Source: Dimorphilus gyrociliatus
Lineage: Eukaryota > Animalia > Annelida
Assembly (NCBI GenBank): GCA_904063045.1
Contig: CAJFCJ010000014.1
Span: 1,113,643-1,177,642 of the forward strand
Length of the DNA: 64,000 nt
Direction: 5' to 3'
The notes under the pieces are model-generated. The model saw nothing but the letters and a program-made list of their open reading frames with translations. It did not search any database and was not told the origin of the DNA. Positions 27,001 through 36,500 of this stretch are shown here, in pieces (within the stretch, counting starts at the first letter, position 1; each line of letters opens with the position of its first letter). Position numbers and translations under genes: made by a program.

Positions 27001-30000
27001 AAAAGTACGATGTACGTTGAAAGAGATTATCAACTTTAAATTCGTGAGTAGCACTATTAACTCGACCACATTTCATCCATGTTGGAAGAGAATTTTCTTT
27101 CTTTTCAATTATGAAATTAGTAATAGGTGAACCTCCGTCAAAATCTATTAATAAAAGATGAATATTTCTGTTGAAATATTAAAGAATTAAAAACATTGTC
27201 TTTATGACCTGGATTATCCCATTCAAGGACAACATAATCGCTCCATGTCTCCTTGACTTTTAAATTTTTCGGTGCATTTGGTTCATCTAAAAAAAATATC
27301 AAGGTATCATTATTAATATTCAATTAAAACTATCAAATTCTTTTCAAACCATATGGTAGTCTAGCCAAAATAGGTTTTTCCATTTCAAAGGGTTCGCTTG
27401 TACCTGCCTCATTTTCAGCGTATATTCTAAAAAAATATTCATTTCCTTCAAATAGTCTTGTTGCTTTGTACTTGGATTCTCGAGCTGGTAAATCAACTAT
27501 AAATATCCATCTAAAAACATTGTTCTAATTGAAAGATGTAATCATATGACAGATTTTAAATGTTTAATAACCCTGGTCTTTTAGCATCCCTCTTTTCAAT
27601 GACATAGTTTGTAATTTCATTACCACCGTCGGACTCGGGTTTATCCCATTCTAAGTAGACAGAATCTCTGTTTATTTCAATAGGACGTAGATTTAGAGGA
27701 GGAGATGGTTTATCTAGAAAAAGAAAATTGAGTATGTTAACTGTTTTGAGAAACTTTTCCATTTACCGAATGGTAGTTTTGTAGTAATAGGTTCTTTAGT
27801 TTGTAATGGTTTACTAGGTCCGACTCTATTTTCGGCAGTTATTCTAAAGTTATACGAATTACCCTATAATTGAATAATAATCAACTGTGTTGAAATCTTT
27901 CAGTAAATAAAAATAGTTTGCTCTACAAACCAAAAATAGTTTATCAACTTTTAAACGTCGTTCCGTAGGTTTTAGCGTTTCGACAATATTCCAAGAATTA
28001 CTAAATTGGTAAATATTTATGATATATACATTATCATATCACCATATTGTATACCTACCTATATCTTATTACTTCCGACTTTTCAACAATGTATTGAGTA
28101 ATCTCCGAGCCACCGTCACATTCTGGTTGATCCCATTTAAGAATTACAAAATCTTTATTAATCTCTTCAAACTCTAAATTTTGGGGAGGGCCAGGAGCGT
28201 CTATTATATTTGAAATAGTCAATAAATTTTCTATCAAGTAGAGCTTAATTATGTTATTTAAAACGAACCAAATGGTAGTTTAACTGTAATACTTTCAGCG
28301 AGTTCTATAAATTCACTTAATCCAATTCTATTTTCGCAAGCAACTCTAAATAGATATTCAGAATATTCGAATAGTCTGGAAGCCTTATATTTTTTAACAG
28401 AACTATCGACGTAACCAGCATTAACCCAAGTTTTCGTTGGTGAAGCTGTTAATAACTTGTCAATCTAGAAAAGTAATCAATTTGAATAGGTAATTAGAGA
28501 AAAGATATAATTGTATCTAAATAAAAACAAACATGATATCCAGTTATCTTTTCATCTCCATCATTTTCAGGCTCTTCCCATTGCAGTACAACGTAATCTC
28601 TAGAAACCTCAATAGCTTGCAAGTTTCTTGGACTAGATGGTACGGCTGAGAAATTATATTTTTATGAAAAATAGAGCCGTCTGGCAAAGTCGGTTAAGTA
28701 TTAAAATACTGACTTCTTATTTTTACAGAGAACTCGGCAGTGTCCCTGCCGTGTGAATTTTCAGCGAGTAATTTATATATTCCAGAATGAACGCCTTGAA
28801 CGTTACTTAACTTTAAAAATGCGTAATTATCATCGTATTGAAGAAAAATATTGCTCGATGTAGTTAGCTAATTAAGAGAAGTTTTGTTTTCTATAAAAAA
28901 TATCTTTTCATTAAAATCTTATTACCTTTTGATCTTTAAAGAACCAATTTATCTTAGGCCTAGGATAACCTGTTACTTGAGCCTCTATGTAAACAAGAGA
29001 GCCCTGCTTAGTCCTCTTAAGTTCTTCTAGAAGTTCTTCGGGATAAGTGATTTTAGGAGCTAAATGACAAAGGCAACGACATATATATCTAGATGACTTT
29101 CTGTCTATTGAAAGAAACCTTCTTTCTTTTCTTCAATACTTTCTTCTTCGAATTCTTCTACTCTGGTAATATACTCCTCAATAACAGCAGCCTTATCAGT
29201 TTTAGTGACCTGAATCTGAGAAGTTTCCTCTTCAGTAGATCTCTCATAAGTGAGAGGAGTATAACCGTCATTACCTATCAGCATCGTCAATATATATTTA
29301 AACAGTTATCAATCACATTAAAATGTTAACCTCTAACAACAAGAAAAGCTGTCGTAGTAGCAACACCTTCCGAATTCTCAGCTCTGCATGTATAACATCC
29401 TTCGTCGTGGGAACTTACATTCTTAACAAGTAGAGTAACAATTCCACTCTCTTCATCGTGCCTTATATTATATCTTTCGTTATCTGTTGTTTTATATCTC
29501 TATTATTATTTTATTCATTATGATATTTGTATTCAAATCACTGAAAAACATTGTAACATTTTCACTATTTATGATAGAAAGTATATAAATATAGAAAGCG
29601 ATTTGATAAAGTCAAAAAAACAAAGCCCGCCTTAAAAGTAACTTTCTTTTATAATATATTTCATAAAGCTATGTAAATAGGGATATTCTTATTAGGCCTG
29701 TTTAGTTAATTTAACAGTTTTATATGAAAGAACTTTACTAATAATTATATGATTAAAAGTACTGTTAAACCCTCATTTTACTATAATAATTAATCATAAT
29801 TTATTATCTTTTATTACTCTTCGGTTATTAAGAAAGTATATAAAGCAAACTTAACTACTCTTTGAGTTTAGGAAGAGAGCAATATCCTGTCCGAAATCTA
29901 GAACTTTTAAATCATTCGTACTTCACATACGGTCTAAAGAATGCAGCTTTTTAACGTATAGTCATTAAAAAGTTACTTCACGAATCTTGTTTTACTTAAA

Positions 30001-31212
30001 TACGAATTGAGAAAAATGTATGTTGTTCTCCTTTTACTGATGAACTTTAACCTTTGACTCATTAGAAATAGGAGAAATTTGAAGAAACGGAAGAAACTAT
30101 TTAGGGTTTTATCTCTTTTTTGAATGTAAATTAGTTAGTATGTTTATTAGGAATTGGATTTTCCTCGAAAAACATTATGCAATACTTAATTAATAGAATC
30201 TATTTATTCAGGTTTAAAATAAATAGTTATGAGTTAAATTTTATTCTCCCCGACCACTTTACACATTTCACTCCTGCGAACTTTAATATTTTTATACACA
30301 GATGGTTTTTTTTATATATCAGACGTTTCTAACGAAAATAAACGAAATATTCGAATATTTAACCGACTTTTTGACAAGAAATGAGGGATTTTTATGAATA
30401 AATATTCTACATTTTTGTGTTTCTTGGTAAGAAAAAATCTGCACAGTAAAAGGAACAAGTGAAAAATCTAAATATATCTTGATATTTTTTATTGAGAAGT
30501 TGTAATTTCTCTTCTTTCTATCATTCTCTCTCTCTCTTTCTCTTGCTATATAGTTGAAGAACATCTTCGTATTTTGATTATGTATAAAAAAATATCAGTA
30601 AGCAATATACCAGGAATATAGCAATGTTTAGAAATAGTAAAAGTTTTCCTTCCACCTTCTCTACCTATCTATCTCTTTTTCACTCTTGTTTCTCTCCCTT
30701 CCTCTCTCTCTCTCTCTCTCTCTCAGACAGACGCACACACGTACAAAATATTCCCATTCTCATCGTTTTCTCTACAATCATTTCAAAAGTTATCTTTAAT
30801 AAATAAAGAAGATTTTCGTTTGCTTGAAATTACGCAATATGATTCATTAAAGAAAAAAAAGTAAAGGTAAATAGAATAGTAATGTGCACCAATTAGAATA
30901 AATTTTATAATCAGTTAAATGAAATTGTTTTTTTTACTTATTTTTGAATGGAAAGGATGAAAGAAATCTTGTAAAATATATAAGCGTATCATCAAAAGTT
31001 CTCTTGTTGAAAAAGTTTGCTAACAATTAGTAGGCTATAAAAATTGGGCCTACATTTACGTTTTCTGACTTTACCAACCGGCTAAAAATTTAATACTACT
31101 GACAAGTAATATCCACATCGTCCTTAAACCAAGTTATTCTAGGAACCGGAAATCCAACAACTTGACACTCAAATCTTTGAGTTTCACCGTAGGGTAGAAT
31201 GTCTTCGCTCAT
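6095..31212 (-). CDS. OBSCN: Giant obscurin/UNC-89-like sarcomeric protein (Ig, Fn3, SH3-DH-PH RhoGEF, two C-terminal kinase domains); many exons, order of 6,000 aa by hand estimate
   Basis: Probable start MSEDILPYGETQRFECQVVGFPVPRITWFKD at 31212; stop TGA at 6097-6095 after AFDDFEFDE. Dense run of Ig (W..KDG, D.GEY) and Fn3 (P..P.NL, W..PE.DGG..I..Y) exons joined by short GT-AG introns, plus SH3, DH, PH and two kinases. The junction from the last upstream Ig into the SH3 exon (intron about 18229-18281) is phase-compatible. Confidence 0.9.
6260..7460 (-). other. Obscurin kinase domain 2 (probable pseudokinase)
   Basis: WRGRYSLI, VVKI, HLNLQPDN (Asn codon 6930-6932 at the catalytic Asp position), DFG, GTAEFMAPE, DIWGAG, LSGVSPF. 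Confidence 0.85.
10080..11180 (-). other. Obscurin kinase domain 1 (canonical catalytic motifs)
   Basis: IGRGSYGVV, AAKF, HLDLKPEN (Asp codon 10749-10751), DFG, TPEFAAPE, DMWNVG. Confidence 0.9.
16439..16456. repeat. (TA)9 microsatellite in an obscurin intron
   Basis: Direct read of the sequence. Confidence 0.9.
16510..18130 (-). other. SH3-DH-PH RhoGEF module of the obscurin-like gene
   Basis: ALTDYNPTDTDGLALVEGQEVEVLD...WLC...GWVPPSYL (SH3); RYALTELIESERDYIRELERVL and QLPFNRLDDY (DH); downstream PH-type exons (KVFLFEDRLL...). Confidence 0.88.
21460..21620 (-). repeat. Coding tandem repeat, 39-nt unit (13 aa, EPEIVEKQEKI.E), 4 copies
   Basis: Anchor tgcttttc recurs at 21466, 21505, 21544 and 21595 (spacing 39, 39, 51). 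Confidence 0.85.
24420..28645 (-). other. Array of about 11 tandem fibronectin type III domains in the N-terminal part of the obscurin-like gene
   Basis: Eleven successive Fn3 N-terminal motifs (e.g. PSSPRNL, PGPPQNL, PSPPLNL, PNAPKNL, PQAPSNF, PASPQNF), each followed by W..P..DGG-type motifs, with no interleaved Ig. Confidence 0.75.
30702..30724. repeat. (CT)n microsatellite in the 1.6-kb first intron of the obscurin-like gene
   Basis: Direct read of the sequence. Confidence 0.9.
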
Positions 31213-31301
31213 TGTTTCATACTTTTCTCAGAGAATTTGTCGAAAAACCACTCCTAAGCGCCGAAAAGCGAAAAACTGCAATAGTCTACCATACCGCATG
31301 C

Positions 31302-31422
31302 TTTGCAGCTGCAAAACAGCCGCAACGCATCGTTTAAAAATAGCAGGGCAAAAAATTTTTTTTCTGCCCTACATTCATTTTGTACTAGTACGTTTCATTT
31401 TTCCTTAATAAGCTATATATAA
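31302..31422. promoter_or_regulatory. Candidate muscle promoter: palindromic E-box and MEF2-like site upstream of the obscurin ATG
   Basis: TTTGCAGCTGCAAA perfect 14-bp palindrome (CAGCTG core) at 31302-31315; CTATATATAA (YTAWWWWTAR) at 31413-31422. Confidence 0.35.
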
Positions 31423-33511
31423 ACTAGCATATACTAAGCAAAGGTAAGCTTGTAATTAAAAATCATAATTATTCATTAGCTTAAATGACAATCAGTAACT
31501 TCAAATAAACAACTCAGTAGAGGAACAAAAAAAAGAGAAAACAAAATACTAAAACTGTAATTACATTAAGATAAATTCTTAATTTATTCAACAAGTTTAG
31601 CGGCTAAGATAGAATTTTCATTCTAACTTGACGAACTTTTTTTCAACGACAGCCAGAGGGTTACAAATAATATTTTACTCAATATTTGTAATATTTAAAC
31701 CCAATAATCAAGTTCAAAGGCAAGAGGATAGAGAGAAGAAGACATTATAAAGTTAAATAATGTTTAATCATTTTACGTATATGTTTAAACGTTTTCCCAA
31801 CGATGTAATAAATTTATTCTGCAATGATATGCCTAAATATTATCATCGATCTCTAAAATCCACTTGAAATAGCCATAATATCTAACCTTAAGGCAATATA
31901 TGCTATATAACATAATGACTAACTGTAGTTTTAATCTTTATACAAGTATTATAAGAGAGATATATTCTGCATATATTCGAATGTTGTCTTTAAGTCGAAG
32001 GCTCAATACCATTAGTTAAATCTGGAGAAGGAAATTAATAGAATCATCAAGTCTTTATCATCCTTCTCCTTAATCTCCTGTAAAGATCTTCTTCTAAATA
32101 GAAAATAAAAATTCTCATTTGATCATTGCATCTGAACATTTCTCTATCTCTCTTTTCTTATGTATATATATATATTGCATATTTTTAGAATAATCCAACA
32201 GGTAGAAGAATCTATTTTATTAGAGATTTCTACTAAAATATTTCCATTATATACCTTTTTTTACATTATTTTAACTTAATCTTCAGCCTCTTTTGTATTT
32301 TTTTTTTAAAAAACAAAAGTATTTACAGTAAAAAAAAATATTTTTCTTTTGTTTCTTCAAATTTAGGTTGTTTTTTTTTTTTGGTTTTTTTACAGCAGAC
32401 TATAAATGTACTCTGACCTGTCTACTCTATCATATTATAGGCCTAAGTATATGTACTTTTGTTCGTTATTTTTTTAATTGAGTACTTAGTCTAATTCTAA
32501 CAGTTTAAAAGACATAGAGAGCTTTTGCATACAGTCTATAGAGGCATATAAAGAAACTAATTGCGAAGACAGTAAAACTTTAAAACAGTTGTTTAAAAGT
32601 GTAAAATTGCTCTACATTTGCTATATTTTGTTAATTCGGATTTCTTAAATAAGTAATTTATCAAGGTTTGTAAATATTTTAAACGATTCATTTTAATTAC
32701 CTTCTATTTAGCATATTTTCATATAATAACCATTAAAGAAACTGTTTTAAGGAATTATTATTAAATATTTATATAGTTTAATTGACAACATTTCTTTATT
32801 TTTTTTTATTTAATGATATGAATGAAGTCGTAGAAGAGTACTCTTAAAAGTTAAATTAGTGATAAAAAGATAGGATATAATCGTTTACAAAACTATAGAT
32901 ATATATACTTTTTTCTTGTAATTTATTATTGATATTTTGTATTTATTTTAGTCTATCTGGTCAAGGCTCACTTGTATAACTATACATGTGGTTTTATATA
33001 GACAGTACGGAAAAATGTTTTTACAGGGATAGCATTCGTCTGAGAGAAAAGCTTATTGAAATAATTATAAGACTTTTGCTTGTATGTTTTTGCTCAGAAT
33101 CATATCAATTAATAGTGAATACTTCCGAACTTGGTTTTTATTAGTGTTTTAAATATAAAAAAATGTCAGCCCTGGGCTATTGACGTCATGATAGTTACGT
33201 AATTTCTAAGAAATACCAAACTTAAATAATTAACTTATAATTATTTAGTCCATTGCATTGAGATACAAAAATATATTGACTTCGTAAATTAAAGTCGGAT
33301 AAATTAAAGAAAGCAAAGTAAAAGGAACCTCAGCGAAAGCTATTAAATTGTTAAGGAAATTGAATAGGAACCACTCTACCAGTCGCTATTTCAAATTGAG
33401 TCCGCCAAAACCACGGACATTGTAAATAGTGAATAATTTTCGTTTTTATATCCCATAGATCATTTCACTCCTCTCGGACTTCCTGTGACGGTTGTTGTGT
33501 GCGGGCTAGGT

Positions 33512-36500
33512 ATGTCGACAGTTACTCCCAATAAAGAATCTGTTCAGAAGAAAATTGCGAGTATTCTTACACCTCTGAAAGATGAGAATGAGGTAAGTAC
33601 CTTTTTCAGCGAATTTCTTTACTCAAATTTAAACTACTGTGTCGGCACCACGTTTTCCATGCGTCGTTGATACGTTTTACCGCGCAATATTTCATTAAAT
33701 AAAGTGAAGTACAATAAAATATCTACTTAGGGGAATGTCATATGCTTCCTTTTATATATCTTAATCTTCATTCAACAGAGAAGACTCAGAGGATTTCAGA
33801 TTGCTAAAATGTGTTTTATGGAAGGAATGCTGGATGAAGCAAACAAGTAATATCAAAACTTGTGAATAATATATGGCTAAACTTACTTTTATTTTTTAGA
33901 TATATAAAGGATTTTTTAACAGTACATACATCAGCCGCTGCTTACAAATTACAAGGTGAAATTCTAGAGCAGCTTAAAGAGGGAACAAAAGCTTTGGAAT
34001 CATATAAGAGAGCATTTGAAATTGATGAAGCAGATAATGTCGGAGTGTTGAATAAAAGTATGCAGTTTTCCATAAATGAATATTTAAAAAATATTATTCT
34101 TACGTTAAATAATTCTAAATTTTCTATATACTCAGTTTGTGAATTGGGTGCTGCTAATAAAATGGATGAAAATGTACAACAAGTAAGTCATCTTAACACC
34201 ATAAAATAGCAAATATAAAAACTTTTTCTTTTAGTTTTATAGAGAGAAAGCAGAAGAAAAGGAGAAACATAATTCGTTGTTCAGACTCAAGGTTGAAATT
34301 AAATTTTTTCTAAACAATACAAAGCTTAGGTTTCGTTTTCGTTTCTAAACAGAATCGATCAATGGTAACGCCCCCTACTCCATCAACACATTTGTTTTCA
34401 ACATCGACGCCAACAAGAACCACTTTTCAGGCACGTAACAATGCCCAACCATCTCCTCAAAATATTAGTGCTGTTTCAATGACCCAACCGGTGAATTCAG
34501 CTCCTCCATCGGCTCCCACTCCAGCTCCGATAAAGGATACATCAAACGTTTTAGAGCATTTAGTTAACGTCCTTATTGATCAGAACAAGTCGTTGATGGA
34601 TACTATTAAAGAGGTAATAAATATTAATTACACTTAAATTTTCTTTATTATTATTCTTAATAATATTCATAGACTGTTGACTATGCTGTTAAAGAGATGC
34701 GTGAAAGTCATGTAAAGGTTAATCAGACAGTTGAGAAACTTCGTGAAAATAACACTAATGTTAATAAGAATATAGATGAATTATCAGATATGATTGTGAG
34801 TATTTAAGTAGTTTTTTTGTTGCATGAATTATTAATGTCGTCCATAATTCATAATTGTTGTGCAGAATTCGCTACGTGATCTTAAGGTAGCCCCATCTCA
34901 AGTAAAATCTGATGAAAATACACCGAAACCGAGTCCCCCAAGACCTCCTGCTCCCACTCCAGTTGTTATAGAACAGCAAAATATTCAACCGGCAAGCACA
35001 TTATCGCAAATAAATCCACTGGCTCAATACGCACTTCAGGTTATTACTTTAGCATGGTTTTTAGCGTTTTTTAAATTGAATTTCCTTATGATGTTCATTA
35101 AAAAAATAGAGTTTTTTGAATATGACACATAGTAATATTATTTTTCTAAAATGTTATTGAATATTTGTAGATGCAAATACAATCTGCAATTCAGCAACAG
35201 GCCACAAAACAAAATTTAATGTATCCTCCTCCATTTCAAAATCCAACTGGACTACCGGAATATAGAAATTTGATGTACTACCCAAATCATGGAGGATCTT
35301 CTATGTGTGGAGGTTCTACTGTACCCACTCAAGCTCCACCAGTCTCCAATTATCAGTTTGGACCGAATATGGATAATCAGGCTGAAAATGCCGCTAACAG
35401 TTTGGCAGCATTGTCACAAATGGCAAGAAATCAACAGCCATTATCGAATCCTCAGTCCCGACCTTTGGCTCCAAGAGAACCCGTTCCATTGAATTTTACA
35501 AAAACAAACACAGGCGAAGGGTTTAAGCCAAATTTGGGTGAACCTTTTAAACCCAATACACAAAATGCTTTTAAACCAAATCAAACTGAAACTGGAACTG
35601 TCAGTCAACAATCGCTATTCAAGACAAATGCAGAGGATACTAGCAAACTCAACAACACAACTCTGGATAGTCTTAAGGGACAAGATTTAAGCACAATTAA
35701 ATCTCCTGAAAAGGATGAGCATGAAGACTTTGAACCAACAGTTTCCTTCAAGCCTATATGTGAACTCCCTAGTAATATAGTGATCAAAACAGGAGAAGAA
35801 GAAGAGAAAAGTTTGTTTTGTCATCGTGGCAAGTTGTATAGGTACGAATCTAAAACCAACGAATGGAAAGAGAGAGGACTGGGTGATATTAAAATCTTAC
35901 AGCACAAAGTAAATGGAAAAAGTCGAATAATATGTCGCAGAGAACAAATTTACAAATTAGCTTGCAATCATTATATAACATCTGATATGCATATTTCTAA
36001 ATTGAGCACCGCAGAAAATTCATGGTGCTGGATTGCTCAAGATTTCGCCGATGAAGAGTTAAAAACAGAAAACTTTGCTGTAAGATTTAAGCTTGCAGCT
36101 ACGGCTGAAGAGTTTAAGACCATATTCGAACGATGTGCGGCTTCGGATAAATCTACCTCTACAGCTAGTCCACCAAAACCAAAGGAGGTTCCTCAGTCCT
36201 CTAGCTGTTCGGCGCAATCTGCCTTCGATAATCTTATGAAAGGAAAGGAGGGAGAATGGGAGTGTAACACATGTCTTGTCCGGAATCCAAAGGAAAAAAC
36301 CGAGTGTGTCTCTTGTTCTGAGCCGAAGCCAGGACATGAGAAAGCTAAAGGGAAAAAAAGCTCTGGCGGATCATTCACTCCTGGATTTTTAGGAAATCAA
36401 GGAGCTTTGAACCTATCAGCAAAAGATCCTGCTCAAAAGGGTTTTGCTTTTGGCTCACCTGCAGCCGTTACTACGAGCAAAGCTACTACTCAAGCTAGTT

